A program made the translations under genes and the position numbers. Of a DNA stretch of 64,000 nucleotides, positions 37,366-51,962 are shown one piece after another. This stretch comes from Nymphaea colorata (lineage: Eukaryota), in the NCBI RefSeq assembly GCF_008831285.2, contig NC_045138.2:34100001-34164000 (forward strand). Direction: 5' to 3'. Positions within the stretch are counted from its first letter, which is position 1. Every line of letters starts with the position of its first letter. The notes under the pieces were generated by a model, which saw only the letters and a list, made by a program, of their open reading frames with translations, was not told the origin of the DNA and searched no databases.

Positions 37366-40300
37366 GTCACTAATGCAATTGCCAAATGGTAAATTAAGTT
37401 AATCAAAACATTGCCTAATGCTCTCCACAACTCTCTTTTTTGTGGTGACCGTTTACCGCCAGTGGTGTAACCAGCTATGTGTTTGACGGCATCAGTTTTC
37501 CAGACTACGTACCTTACCTCTTGTTGCCACCTGCGATAGTGTTTGTTTTTTTATTACTTAGAAGAATTAGATAAAACAAATATTTATCTGTGATTTTGGT
37601 TCACCTTTTCAGATATATATGCTTATAAGTTTGGTTTACAGGAGAGATGACTCCAATGAAGTTTGAACCATGACTATCCAGGTAACAACCGAGCTAAAGG
37701 CCCAACCTTTTGCAATATCTATATACGTTTCGCTGAAAAAGACAAAAAAATTATCCAAAATACCAACTTTGTATGCACAATTTCAGGAACCTTCTTGTTA
37801 AACGTTAAACCTTTTTGGAAGTGTGAAACAACAAATAAGCCCTTCTTTGGTAAAATTGTAGCAAGAAATTAAGAAAATGCAAGCGCCTTTTCAAAATTTG
37901 GGGCTAGAAAGTCATAAGAGGCGCATGAAAATCATCTTATATGTATTATTTATAAGTGCCCTTTAAAATATAAAGGGCTAATGACGGTTAAGAAGAGAGG
38001 AGGAAAAGTCAAAGAGGAACTCTTCTTTAATGCAAAAATGGGCGGGCAGTATGACGTCGTCTTGTCATAACAGAGGGGGCGCTGCGCTGCGCTGCTTTCA
38101 AGGTGCGACTCGTTGCCGTTGTAGTTATTTAATTGTCGCTTGTGCGACCTGATAAGATGTTATATATGTTTTACTGCAGCTTTACTTTGAGTTGTTTGGT
38201 CCTGGAAGCACCTTTGAAAGGTTTATATGGATAGCTCCACGAGATTTCAGTCTACAGTCAATCGAAAATTTGTCAACCAAAAAAAGTTTTGGCTTTGGCC
38301 CATCATTTATGGCAATGTCTAACCTGGACCTTAAACATATTCATGGTGACGACGGCCTTGTCAGTTTTTATAGGAAGGAAAAGTCAGGAGAGGGGGTACC
38401 CGATCGGAGGCTTGTTTTGAGAACACGGATTTTGACTGAACGCAGTTTTAATTTCGAAGATGACGCTGTGGTGAGTGTGACCTCCCGATCAATAAATTTG
38501 CCATGAGTTAATGGCAGAGCATGAATGTGCCAAAATCTTCATATGAATAATTGTAAAGATGGCCTCTGTGCCACCACCCCTTCTCCTCTTAAACTAAATT
38601 TTACACCCATGTTTCATGCTGTTTCCTTCCCCCCCGGATTTCAAATTATGGGTTGACCACTGGCCAATGGCTACGAGGGAAGTTCCTTTTATTCAGCGTT
38701 ATTCTGGTCGCATTGAAAGTGGAGGCATCTTGGGCAGGCAGAGGAATGAGGTAGAAGCATGACTGCAAGGCAGCCTTGGATAAGGGGAGAAATTTCTTGA
38801 GCTGGGGATCATGGCAGAAGAAGTGGAGCTGCTGTATGTGATAGGAACGAGGCCTTCTTTCTGTCCTTGGAGAAAAAACTGAAAAATAGAAACAAGAAGA
38901 AAGACACAAAGATTTTTCGTCGTTTAAAAACAGAATTTTCATAGATTCATGACTGTTTCCAGAGAGTACAAGCGCCTGTGTGCCTTAAAGCGGTCGAAAA
39001 ACATATGACGGGGTTTAAATTAGTTTTACATTTTGTTTCCACCCCCTCATAAACATGAGGCTGCAAAGCATGAATACCCTTATAAAAAATTCACTGTGCA
39101 GATAATGGAGGAATCTTCGAACAATAAACAAAGAGGATGGCGACAGGTAGAGGACCAGCTTCGACTATGAAGACAAAGAGACGGAACAGAGCCATGGAAG
39201 CATGAATGCATTATTCCAATGTAGTTGAAGTGGTGGTTTTGATGGGAGAAGGGGAGGCTTTGGATCCTGGAGGTCGTGGCTCCTCATGAACATGACAAGG
39301 GTTCCCTGCAAATAAAGTTGTATAAAAAGCAAAGGAACCTTATCTACAAAGTCACGACAACTTTAATCATGAAGACCAAAGCAACTAAAACCCAGTCGGC
39401 GGCCCCGACCTTTCACACCTCGCAAGACTACCTTTTTTTTTTTCAATAAAATGCCACCACAACTTTAATCACCAGCGAAAGGCCTGTTGAGGAAAGTAAT
39501 AAACAATAGAAGAAAAAGAACTCTTACTTGTCCTAATCTTCCTCGTTTCTCTGCAGGCAGCGGCTTTCACGCCAAGTTAAAGCTCAGACTAGAACACCTC
39601 TTCTCCTGAATTTTCGCTGATTACAGTAATCGTGCAAACAGTTTTCATGCCATTCAAGATCTAACGCTAACGGTTGAGATTAATTTTTGTTTGTAAATTT
39701 AGCAGCTTTGACATTTGATATTATTAAAATTGTGAGACTTTAAACCCGGGGTTTTCAATGCATAGATCAAATCCTATGAGAAAAAAAAAAAATCGACAAC
39801 ATTATTGATCTTTAAACTCTTTCAATGCCCATCTGCATGTCGAAAATTCACAAGTATTTTCTTTTACAAATTTTATATTAAGTTAGAGACAACTAAAATT
39901 TCATACCATTGGATTTTTTTATAAAAAGCACAGTTATACACTTACACTGCCAAGAGGGTCGGTTGACGGCTCGGATTTGTGAACATGTAAAATTCCTTAA
40001 AAGTGGTTCGACTTTGTAAAAACCAATGCAACAATTTTGGGACGTTAGGCAGTCCTGATGAGCAGATAATAGTCAACAGTGACCTTGGCCTAATTTCTCT
40101 CAAAAACCTTCGCTTTTTAAACTTGATGATTGAATTCTTATATCGGCCGCCAACACAAATATTACTGGAACAACAAAGCAGCCAAATAACTATCATTTGT
40201 TTTTTGGCGACGGCGATCGGCTCCTTTTATAACCATTTTGTCGTTTAATTATTGAAGTAGACAGCCCTGGTTGCACTTAATTTGCAAACTGCCATGCGGC

Positions 40301-40533
40301 TGGCCTAACAAATGGACCCTTATTTGGAGCAGGCCATAGCATCTTTCCATGCTTCCATGATAAACAGGCAAAGAGAGGTAAAACTTAAGCTCTCCTTATT
40401 CCTATTGACCTTGGATCAGGCATACAACATACTTGGCATTTTGATCCTGAACAAGCTTATTCTTTCAACACTTTATCTTTTACAAACCACACACACATAT
40501 ATATATCAGTGGCGGCGATTGAAGTTTCCAGAC

Positions 40534-41313
40534 TTACGCCCTTCCTTCTCGTTGGGCACCGGCCGAAGGTGGCAGCACGTTCCCAAAGAAAGGGTAGATC
40601 TCGTACCTTATCACGCAACTTCCAGACAGAACTCTGGCACCCTGTTTGTCCGAGCAGCACTGATAGATGGAAGTTAAGGACGTTCTCAAACAGTAGCTGC
40701 AGGAACTGGAGGACAAGTCCCTCGTGCATTCCATCAGGCTGTATAGGGTGATGTTCTTCGTGTACGCCACAGTTGCGGTCGCGTACCTAAGGCTGGAGCT
40801 GTTGGTGGTAGCCGACGCAGCAAGGTTTCTGAACACGGAGAGCATGAGCGGCTTGAATTTGGTGGGCTGGTAGATGTCCTCGACGTTCACCAAGGCGAGC
40901 TTCGACTGGTCCACTATTCCAAAGAAATTGAAGCTGTTATAGCGCAGAAGGCAATTGTCGAACCAGATGACGGCCATTTTCTTGCTGGGGCACACCTGGA
41001 TGATCTGGGACGCAGCGGAGGTCGCACATGTTTTGCAGTCGTCTGCGGAGACGTCCGGGTGGCACTGCACGAGGCCATGGACCTGGTTCCGGCCGTTCCC
41101 TACCGTGTCGTTGTAGAAGCCGGTGGGGGCGACGTTGGCTGTTAGGGAGGCTAACAGTTGGTTCAGGTGGCGTTCGAATTTGCTGTTGGTCTTGTAGGTC
41201 AGAGCAGATTCCGGGCAGCTGTAATATGGACTCTGGCCCTTGATCGTAACCAGGAACAAAGGAAAAAGAAGGATAAGGATAAGGCTATGGCTATGGCCAG
41301 CCATATCAGCCAT
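40534..41313 (-). CDS. Secreted double-DUF26 protein (CRRSP-like / detached CRK ectodomain), ~259 aa
   Basis: Likely ATG at 41313 or 41304 (MADMAGHSHSLILILLFPLFLVTIKG signal). CHPDVSADDCKTC and CTRDLSSSSCSYC motifs. The stop TAA overlaps a GTAAGT donor-like site. No TM or kinase exons were found downstream before CRK-c. Confidence 0.82.
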   Translation of the reverse strand: MADMAGHSHSLILILLFPLFLVTIKGQSPYYSCPESALTYKTNSKFERHLNQLLASLTANVAPTGFYNDTVGNGRNQVHGLVQCHPDVSADDCKTCATSAASQIIQVCPSKKMAVIWFDNCLLRYNSFNFFGIVDQSKLALVNVEDIYQPTKFKPLMLSVFRNLAASATTNSSSLRYATATVAYTKNITLYSLMECTRDLSSSSCSYCLRTSLTSIYQCCSDKQGARVLSGSCVIRYEIYPFFGNVLPPSAGAQREGRA

Positions 41314-44300
41314 TCCAAGACTGACTGAACGCAGTGAGGGGAAGAATGGTAAGGAGAGGGTGGGGGAAGATGGGTTACTTATACTTAATTTTTTTTTTTT
41401 CTTTTGCATCGACGAGTGAGTCTCATAGCCGTCAGAGTGGGCTTTTTCCTTCTTTTCTAACTGGGGAGCCCTTCCAACGGAGTTGACTCAACTAATTAGC
41501 AGCGGGCTACGCAGACTTCAGAAAGTCTTCTAATTAAGTCTTGATGTTTGTATGAACCTAATTAACCATGGCTGATGATTGACGTGTTCGCAGCAAGTAT
41601 GATGCAACAAAAATTGCTCTGACCTGATCACCACCCGTTGTTGATGTTCTTCTTTTCTTATTCTATGACCTATGTGGTGAAAGGCTGATAAGGTACACGA
41701 GTTGTTCCTCTTTTTAAAATGATAAGGAGAAGGACACGACTGGCAGTGGCACTCCCAGATCCGCCCATCAGTTCTATCACAAAGTATTTGAAGAGCCGAA
41801 ACGTTTTCCAGAAAATCAAGTATGCGTTCCATCACCTGGACTAAATTGATGATGCACTTTGTGGCCAGTGCGTGCTGTGTGTTCGTGGTCCTCGCGACGT
41901 TGGGTTTGAAAAAGGATGTTTTCTTCTTTGTCTTTTTAAGAGGCGGGGCATTTCTTTTCCGGTTGTTAACTAAGCCGCCCAATGCCAGATGGTTTTGTTT
42001 TTGTCATGTCTACCATTGAGCCATTCAACCATTGAATATGAATATGAAGCTTAAGGCGCAAACATGAGCCAAATGTCGATAGTTGTAAAAAGGATGAAGA
42101 AAAGCATTCTTTACATGGCAACGTGGGGCTGCTGCGAGCATTGGACCCGGAAAATGATGTAGGCTAATATAATATTATATGTAGTCATAGAGATGGAATA
42201 ATTAGCTGTGGAGAATCATTTGGAGTACAATTATATAATATGTGCCTGCTCATTGAGACCTAGAAAATTTATCCACTTGTGCAATTTTTTCCCTGATCCG
42301 GGGTTTCATCTTCCCTACATCCTCACATGGCACCAGAAGAAGACTTCACGTACGTCCAAGAAGACGCCAGATTTGTCCAAGGAAAGGCGGCGAGCAGCTT
42401 TCTCAGAAGATCGGGTCCTACTGCGGGCTGACCCCAAATGATCGGCCAACGACTTTGCATCTCCCACGCACTTTGTGAGAGAGTTGGATCACCTTCAATA
42501 ATGCCTTTTTCGGTGGCAAGCATTCTGAGACAGACTTTCCCCATCGAAATCTTGGCTATTGTGAAGGCTTTCCAGCCACTGGACTGCTTGTTGTTTTTAT
42601 ATGCCCATCGTTTTTTTTTTTTTTTTAATTCAAGTGGAAGTGGTACCATTGCATTCTCGTTTTCTTCTTTTTGTTTTGTCTTATTGAGGTTGTATGCATC
42701 CATTACTTTTTGGATGCTTTTGGTAACTTGAATTGAATCTCTCTTTCTCTCTCTCTTGTTCATTTTATAACATGATTGAAATTATATTTTATTGCTTATG
42801 GTGCTAGAAACTCCACAATTTCTTGTGGTTCTGCCGGGCAACTTTGGGGTTAGCTTTGTCTGCTATTCACGACTTTTCAAATGGTCCAACGCCTTTCATG
42901 CTTTAATGGTTTTTTTGCTTTTTTTCCTAGTAACGTGGACCAACAACAGACTCTAGATGCAAGAGAACAGGCGATGGGGAATTGTATTGCGGTCATATCG
43001 AATTGAACCAGGGTAAGATTAAAAAAAAAGAAGAAAAAAAGTACTACTTCAAATTTTTGTTAAGGAAATTTTGGATAATACTTATACACCCAAACGATTG
43101 ATCTCAACAACAACAACCACAATTTCTTTTTTGTGTTATACAAAAGAAGCTTAATTCACTACCGAACGTCTAATCAGGTTCGGCAATGTAAACGTCAAAG
43201 TAAATGCGCGCAGGCTTTACACATCATTTATCGTTCACGTTCTAACCTGAATTTGAATTTGATACCCAGATTGGACCGGCGTGCAAAACCAAACCTGGCT
43301 CAACCGCGACCAAAATGAAGGATTTATTAAACGTCTCTCTCTGAAGGTTTCAATGTTTTAATTTCATGGCGGCATGGGAGAAAACGTCTCTTTTTCTTTC
43401 TATTCATCAAGAAACGGAGAACATTACCTTTTAAATCTTTTCCCCCACATTAAAAGCAGGCAATATTGTTTAATAAATCAATGATATAAATAATTGATTT
43501 TGACTTTTTAAAATACTGCTCTGACGATGCCGGCGGGAGCCAGTTCAGCATCTGCTTTCTACAAATATCAAAAGTCCATATCACAGCATTTGGAGGACGC
43601 GGAACACGTGATGTGGGTTTACTGGATCGGGTCAATCCGTGGATCAGATAAGGTCGAGGGTTTTTCGCTCTACGTGGACTTCCAATTCAATCCAATGCTC
43701 TGTGGATTTGGTCGATTCAGATTCAAACTGCTTCGATGAGCTGGATAATAAGATTTTTCTAATGTAGGGCCTTGAAAACACTATTAGATATGATTTTGTA
43801 TTTGACATCAAAATTAATTGTTTTCCGTTCAAAAGTCTTTAGCCATCCATATCGTTTCGGCACACATTTAACTCAAACTTACACAACATATATACCGCAA
43901 TTGTTTTAAATTGGATTGCTTTTTTCGGTTTACAGCATCCAAGTAAATTGACCCGGTTTGAGATACCATCGTCAACCCTAGGTTGATCGAGTTGCATTGC
44001 ATGGAAAAGGAATACGAGTAGTGTATCCTCCTTGAGTTGGTCTACGGATAATACTTTTTATCGAATTGATAAAAACCGAAACACAGTTGCCACATCCATC
44101 ATCCAACTCTTGTCATTATCGTTGGCAAAAGATATATAAATTATGCAAACAGGCTCCGGGTTTCAATTGTGTGATGCTTGAATTATATCTTAACGTGGTA
44201 GTCCAATGAAAATCTTCAAATTATGCTCGAGTATGTTTTTTTCTTTTTCTATTTGTTGTACCAACAAAAAATTGGGACCTATGCGTGGAATGCCACCGGT

Positions 44301-44515
44301 AAGTTCATCCCTCCATTGCATATGTAAGACAGATAACCCAACTCAAACAAATACTTAATCACTCCCAATTGTTTTTCAGTGGACAGAAAGGTTTTACGTT
44401 CTTTATTACAAATGAATTTTTCTGCACAAGCTTATGCACAAAAACGGACAAGGTTCCTGATCTATCATATAACTGATTAATGGCAGACAGTCTTTGCTGA
44501 TGACGAATGTCGATT

Positions 44516-47500
44516 CTACCTTGGAGAAACCTCAGTGTTTGTAACTCCATTTACTGAAGATTGTGGTCCGCTTGAAACCTTCACACATCTTTTGCTAGAA
44601 AATAGAGGTTCTGTCGGCACCGGAAGCGCCAAAGAGTCGCTCCCAAGCATGAGAAGAACGGAAGCCATGGTTGGTCTGCTTTCAGCATCATCTTGAACAC
44701 AGAGCAAGCCTATATGTATGCATCTTAATATTTCCCGAGTTGGGCTTGTTACTCTCAACAAAGGATCCACGAATTCCAGTCCCTTTCCTTCACGCCATAA
44801 ACTCCATGCCTGTACCCCAATTTCAGTGGACGTAGCATGGAAGTTGTTAGCTTTAGCTTTTAATTAGAGAGCATGAGAAAAACAAAAGACCAATTTTTAA
44901 GCATATAATGATCGACTATAATCAGAAACGTATGTCTCAACAGTTTAGATGGATTGTGTCTCAAAAAACATTTTTCTGCCGCATAATTTTAGAACAATGT
45001 TCCATCCCATCCAATAATTTTAGAACAAAGTTCAAATTTCACAAGCAGAAGCTCTGACAGCAACTTCCATCCCATCCAATAATTCCATAGAGAAGTTTGT
45101 CCAATTCAGATGTCCCTAATGATGCAGAATATCCACCGACAACAAACAGATGAGTATTTCTTTCTGATTGTCAGAGGAACCCCAGTTGGTGTGATCCGAT
45201 TTTCCTCTGAGAGGCTAAGAGATGCGACACGGACCATGCCCTGTTCTCCTTCTATTATTCTTACGGTAACTCCTGAGTCCTGACCTTAGATTCTGGTTGA
45301 TTCAAAATTGACTGCGAAAGAGGCGCAACCCAATTATCAATCTACATTCTCTTTCAACTTGAAGCCTTCAAACCAAGCCACCAGGGGTCCAACTGAATGA
45401 ATCTGAAACCATGTCACAGACGTAGCTACCCAAACACAATAACTAGTTTTTATTCTAAACCAGCTTAGTTCCTAATATGCTTACAGCATCATCCTAGTGG
45501 ATCATAAGTTGTTTGCTTTTGCTACATAAAAACCACTAAACTCTGGGATCAATTATTTAGACAGTCAACAAATGATGCACAGAAAACTATCATTTACTAA
45601 GCCAAAAGTTTGCAAGCCACCTCCTCTGTTGTGTTACTTTCAGGTTCTGGAATCCTAAAGGAGATGCAGACCTCAGCTGGTCAACTAGACCAGGGCTCGA
45701 CGCTGGTGCTTATCCAGGAGGTTCGCATCAATGCAGAGTGAAACATAGAAAGTGATTAACTGTAGTCTGTCAAATTCTGTTGACCCATCACTCACCCGAT
45801 CGGTGACCTGATGTGCACTCTCCTTTGTAGAACATAAAACCAAAGGCGATTTCATCATGAATACAGAAAATACCGGAAAATCAGAACAATGTTCCATTAA
45901 CAATGCATTTAAGGAAAATTAGATGAAAGACGTCCTCTGTTTGTATAATATCACATATCATCATTTAACTTTGTCAAAATTTTTGGAACACAATTAGGCT
46001 GTTACTGAATTATTTCCAAATTCAGCTGCACTACTGGCTTGCTATAGCTAGCTTTAACAAAAATATGGATATTATTAGCTTCAAGAATAAATGCGCATAT
46101 GCTAACGAAGATAAATCATTCTATGATCTAGGACTGAAGAGGGGGATACGTATAGAAAGGAAACAATGAACGAGACTTACGTATCCAACCAGACTACGCG
46201 CTTCCTTGTGGGGATGGTGAAACTTTCTGTTGAGTTGGCCGCTGATGATTTCGAGGAGTAAGATGCCGAAGCTGTATACATCTGATTTAATGGAGAACAA
46301 ACCATCCATCGCATACTCCGGAGACATGTATCCACTGTTGAAGGAAAGCAAAAGATAGATGGATTATAAGTGTTTGGCTTTCAGTGAACATGTAAAGTGG
46401 AGATGCCTTGCTATTCTCTACTTGGCGAAATATAAAATGGGCAGTTCATCTAACTAGGGAGAGCAGTATACGTTGAGAGCATCCACTAAAATATATCCAC
46501 TAATAAAAAACCAAACAGAAAAGTGTGATACCTTTCTCCGTGTTTATTCAAGACCGTCTGCCGATGAATTGAGGGAGATAACTACAACTCTTTTCTTTTC
46601 TGAAGGAACAGAGAATACATTTGGGGAGTTCTCTCAGAAAAAGGTGGAGAGTGTAATCTTATTATGCCAGTCTTTTTACATTTAGTTTGCTGGAAATGCC
46701 AATGCAAAGGTGGTAGAAAGGAATGCTTTCAGACTAAGAATTAAGAAAGAAGCTAGCAAGGTGCCATCCTCAAATTTTACTGCAAAATTCGAGAAACAAA
46801 AGTTTTTGGGACAACCAAAAGCATGTCTAAGTTTCGGGAAATTGCAGACCTGACCTGAACTTTTCTTCTAATTTTTAAACTAACTTAGGAGAGGCTAGCA
46901 AGGGAAGAAAGGGAAAAAAGGAAGAAGTAAAATACTAATTATGTGTTTGGGTGACACATGCAAAACACAGGTTTTTGTGGGAGAGGGTTCAGGGTTTTCA
47001 ATTCTTTTTCAAAACCAGATTTTGTCAAAATCGGGCTTCTCTTAAACTCAGTTTGATGTCACCCAAACATTTCAAAATGATATTCTAGAGGTAAAAATCA
47101 GAAGTTTTGTATTCGAAAGGACACTTAAAGTGTCATCCAAATACACTGTAATTGGCACTTGAAGTAGTTAACTAGGAAACTTTTGTGTTCCCAGTAACTG
47201 AAAGAAAAAACTATGTGGATTTGAAAATCGTCTACTGCCTTCGTCGTTGCTTGCCAGAAGAAATACATACGTATCTAGCACTTTCCATTATCAGAACTAT
47301 AACAAAAGACAAGGTTCCATGATGACAAATATACAAATGACACTCAACATGCGCTATATGTCCTCGAATAGGAAAGACTTTTAAAAGCCTCAGAGAGTTA
47401 AAACTTAAAGAAGCCCTCGTGTATACTTAATTACTTACTATGTTCCAACAATTATTTTGGTGTTCACTTGGGTCTGATTGCCACTGAAAATCCTTGCCAT

Positions 47501-49337
47501 CCCAAAATCTGAAATTTTGGAGTTCATCTGCTCATCCAAAAGAACGTTGGCGGCCTTAAGGTCCCGGTGGATGATGCTGAGTCGGGAATCATGATGAAGA
47601 TAAGCCATGCCCCTTGCAGTTCCCATTATAATATTCAGTCTCTTCTCCCAATCTAACAGAGCACGCTTTTCTGCATCTGAACATCAGCATATATAAATAA
47701 AATAAGTGATGAACTCTCTCTACCCTCTGCTCTGATGTAATATGCAACCTTTTCTGCAATCAGATGTCAAAAGATAAAAGCTTTTCATGCTTCTAATAAT
47801 TCTGAGTTTATATAATTAATCAACATGTTTCACAAACTAAGCATGTTTCAGACTTTTCGTTTCTGTACGACATAAAATTTAATCAGTTACAACACAGATT
47901 GCTAAGTCGAGAAACGAAGAACGCTAATGAAGTAATCAATAGTTAATTTAGAAAGGAATGAAGTCAATATTTTCATCATTTAAGCGCAGTTTTTCGAGAA
48001 TCCTGCTCTCGCCCTTTGCCCATTCCCCTTTATTTTCTGTGGTGGAAATTGTTTGGGATATGTTGATGCACTCGTACGTATGAATATTATTAAAAACTGT
48101 TAAAAGAAATTGTTGCGTTTTTCTGGCAGAAATTAGTGATGATTTAAAGAGCCTTGAAGAGGATTGTGAGTTCTTTCATTCACACGCACACCCAACTCTG
48201 CTTGCCGATAGTGTGTCCGTACATGTGTATATATGCAAAGGTGTAAAGATTATGTGAATATAATTTAGGAGTGTAGCATAAATAAGACCATTCAGGAAGG
48301 CGTCGACGCTTTTGTTGGGCAGATACTCATAAATGAGCATCATTTCATCCTCCTCCAGGCAGCACCCCAAAAGCCTTACTAAGTTCTTGTGTTGAAGATT
48401 TCCTATCAAGTTCACCTCATTCTTGTACTCGCTTAAACCTTGCAAGGAATGTCGGGAAAGCCTCTTCACTGCTACTTCCTGCCCATTGGGGAGAATACCC
48501 TGAAAAGAAGAAAACTCAACCAATTTCCATTTTTCTCAAACCAAACTTGAAGGAAAAAAGTTAAGTGAATTACCTTGTAAACAGGGCCAAATCCACCTTG
48601 GCCCAGCTTATTTGACTCTGAAAAATTATCCGTGGCTATTCGTACAGTCCTAAATCGTACCGTTGGTAAGTCGTGGGTTTTCTCAAGCTGGTCGTCGCTG
48701 CCGATATCAAGCATAGTTACCTCGTGTCTATATCTCTGCTTTTCTGTTAGTTGTGGACAAATTGTTAAGTTGGCAATTGCCAGTGAATTTGCATGAAAAA
48801 TGTGCATTATGTGAAAGCAGAAACAGAAATTGAAGTAGAGGAACTTTAATGTAGTTTAGCAGACTACATCTACGTTCACCACAGCTCTCTTCTTTAAGAT
48901 AATAATATGTAGGGAAGCACCCCATAATGCTTCTTAAATACTAGATACCACATGAGAGGGCATCCCTCAACAGTTTCCCTACAGGTCTCTTGACAGATTT
49001 AGTTACAGAAGAATAAGGATGGTGTATTCTATTTAGCATGACAAATCCAACATTTTCTTGAATTACATTGATCTGATGTGGTTTCTGTTCTGCCACCTTT
49101 GATGCTATATCCACATTTTGACTGCTCTTTTTACTCATATTGGTCTATTAAGTGTCTCTGCCTTACTGTTTTGCTGCCTTTGATGCTAACTCCAGATTTA
49201 AAATGCTCTTGTTCTTTATCACATCTACTTACGCATACAGAAATACACAATTGCTCCTTCGACTACTCTTTTTGGAACCGATATAGGGTCTATGACTTGT
49301 TTCTCCTCTTCCTCTCTCCTGAATAAAAGAGTATTTG

Positions 49338-49377
<40 letters not shown>

Positions 49378-51962
49378 GTTTAGTCAGGCCCACTTTTTTT
49401 CTCTTTTTGGTTTGAAGAGAGGAAGGCTCTTAGCCTACAAATGAATTAGAAAGAAAAAGCAGAATCGGCAGATCAAAGTGGAACATGCAATTCATTTTGC
49501 GTATGGATGTGATTGCAAAAAGGGTTCGAATTTGGTTAGTTGAATTTGAACATGCGACTATGTTGTACAAGAAAGTAAATTAATAAAATATTTCTTCTTT
49601 AAGTTTAGACTAGTGAGTGACAAATTTAACTTGCTGAAGTGTATAAAATGTAAAGGACACGAATATTAATAAGGTCGGCTACGTGTTTACCCATGTGTCT
49701 TCTTCTTTGTTGAACGAGGCACAGGGCACAGACAACCATGAATACACTTGCAATGGAGCTTGCAATGATCACAATTCTCTTGGAACTTTTTCTACCTTGC
49801 CCTGCAGCATGATGTGCTGGTTATTTTTCTCTTGAGGTTAAGAAGAAATGATGGTTTTTAAACAAAAAAAATTAACGGAAACTAAAGAAACAAATGTAAA
49901 TGTGATCTCTATGTTTAGAAATGAGCGTAAGCAAAGACGTCAGCAGATAGGCTTTTACTAAAATTCTTGCATGGTAGGGGAGAGAGCCTGGCCTCATAAA
50001 TAAATGGAAGGATATTGCAATTCTGTGTACATTGGTGAGGATTGACAGAAGGATGGTTCAACGCAGAGATGGGGACCATAGCAGCGAATAGTGGGCCAAT
50101 TCCTTACGCCACCCGACACGTATTTGTGACAAGAATTTTTCTGAATACATAATGGTTGCCTTGCACATTTTGACCGGTTCGCTACTGAAAGAATAAAAAT
50201 CTAACTAACTATTTTTACCTTTGAAAAATAAGCCCAAGATTGTATTTGGACGATGCCATTAAAAGAGCACTTTGTGAGAGCCGGGTTATGATTCATGTTT
50301 AACTAGTTTGTGAAAGTTTTGCCTTCCTGAAAACATCATTTTCTTAAAGTTAGGTTTTTTTATAAACCCCAGTTCTGATCTCCCAAACACGCCTTAAAAT
50401 TAACTTTCCCAGGAATGGGTCGGAATTTTTTGAGGTCAAAGTGGCTGAGGGTAAGTTGGGGACTCACCGCCAGAGCTGGTTGGTGGTGGCCTTGTGGAAT
50501 TCGGCTCATCGGTGCCGGTGCCGGTGCCAGTGGGGACCGTGACGTTGACTTGTTGATCGAAAAAGAATTTTGTGAGACCATACTCCGCTCTGCAGCTCCC
50601 TGTAAGAAGGATTGCTCTCTCCGAGCTTCTACTGACGGACTGTATTTCTCCCGGCAACGTGTCCAGGCACTTGTAGCAGTCGGACCTCGAGATGTCGTCC
50701 GTGCATTGCACCAAGGCGTATAACGTCTGACTTCCGTTGAACGCCCTAGATCCTGTCTCGAACATGTTGGGCGAATCCTTAGTCGTCGCAAGAGTCGTGA
50801 GGTTGTTGATCAGAGTGCCCAAGGTAAAAGAGAACTCTGGGGGTCGGCCTTTCGGTGCCGAATAATACTTGTCCATAATGTCTAGTTTGCCGAAGAAACT
50901 GGTGTTAGAGTAGCGTAACTGGCAGTAATTAAACCATACGATTGCTGATACACTGTCGGGGCAGAGATCCGGGATTCGTGTGGACGCACTCTTGGCGCAT
51001 CGCCTGCAAACGTCCTCTGGGACGTCGCCTCGGCATTGAAACTGGCCGTAGACTTTATTGACTTCCGAACGAAGACTCGTGGGGGTCGTGTTGGCGGTGC
51101 TCAGGGAGTCGAGCAGCATGTTCAGATTCTGCCGGAAGGAGCCGTTTGACCTCTGATTCGTGTCCGCAGGGCAATTGTGGCCTACCAGGCTCACATTATC
51201 GAACATAGACGGCGTTAATGTTGATAGGTTTCCGAAGAAAGGATAGATCTCATACCTAATAACACAACTGCCGGACAGAATTCTAGCTCCCTGTTTGTCT
51301 ATGCAACACTGTGACATGGATCTAATGGAATTGCTCAAACAAGAATCGCAGAATTTCGGGGACAAGTCTCTTGTGCATTCCACCAAGCTGTAGAGCGTCG
51401 TGTTATCTGTGTAGGGAACAGCACCGGTGGCGTACGAGAGGGAAGACTTGTCGGTGGTAGCCGACGCGCTGAGATTATTGAAGAAGGATATAGCAACTGG
51501 TTTGAACTGTGAGGGGTTAGAGATGCCATCGGTGTTAACCAGAGCCAGCTGGGAGCTATCTACCACGCCAAAGAAATCGACACTCGAGTAGCGTAAAAGG
51601 CAATTGTCGAACCATATCACAGCAATTTTGGCACTGGGACACACTTGGAGGATTTGAGAGGCAGAAGACACGGCGCAAAAACTGCAGTCATCGGGAGAGA
51701 TGTCTGTGTGGCACTGCACCAAGCCATAGACTTGGTCGGGGCTCCTGCCAACTGTGGTGTTGTAGAACAAGCTAGGACTCACGGAAGCATTGGCTCTGAG
51801 AGAGGCCAAGAGGGTGTTGAGATCTTTCTGATAGGCACTCCCAGCGGCGTAGGTTGGGCCGGTGTTGGGACAGTTGTAGTAGGGGCTCTGGGCCTCAGCA
51901 ACGAGGAAAAGAGGAAGAAGAAATATGAAGAGACTGAGACACCGAGTTGCAGCCATCACCAT
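44516..51962 (-). CDS. CRK: Cysteine-rich receptor-like kinase with four DUF26 domains, 7 exons, ~890 aa (CRK-d)
   Basis: Exons 51962-50468, 49801-49691, 48743-48574, 48499-48289, 47676-47439, 46334-46181, 44809-44516 (2673 nt). Four C-X8-C-X2-C motifs in exon 1; [50 protein letters not shown]. Confidence 0.93.
46939..47148. mobile_element. Tourist/PIF-Harbinger-like MITE in CRK-d intron 5
   Basis: tgtgtttgggtgacac (46942) vs gtgtcatccaaataca (47130-47145), an internal repeat tgtcacccaaaca (~47057), and TAA on both sides (46936-46938, 47149-47151). Confidence 0.55.
49343..49376. repeat. (TA)n microsatellite in CRK-d intron 2
   Basis: Direct reading of the sequence. Confidence 0.95.

Noticed and set aside
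41314..41409. N-terminal extension MQKKKKKL.. of the 291-aa ORF
   Set aside because: It runs through a homopolymer and precedes a normal signal peptide; probably 5' UTR.
48941..49319. Extra exon in CRK-d intron 2
   Set aside because: The acceptor at ~49320 leads to a stop within 10 codons in the required phase, and exons 2 and 3 already join in frame.
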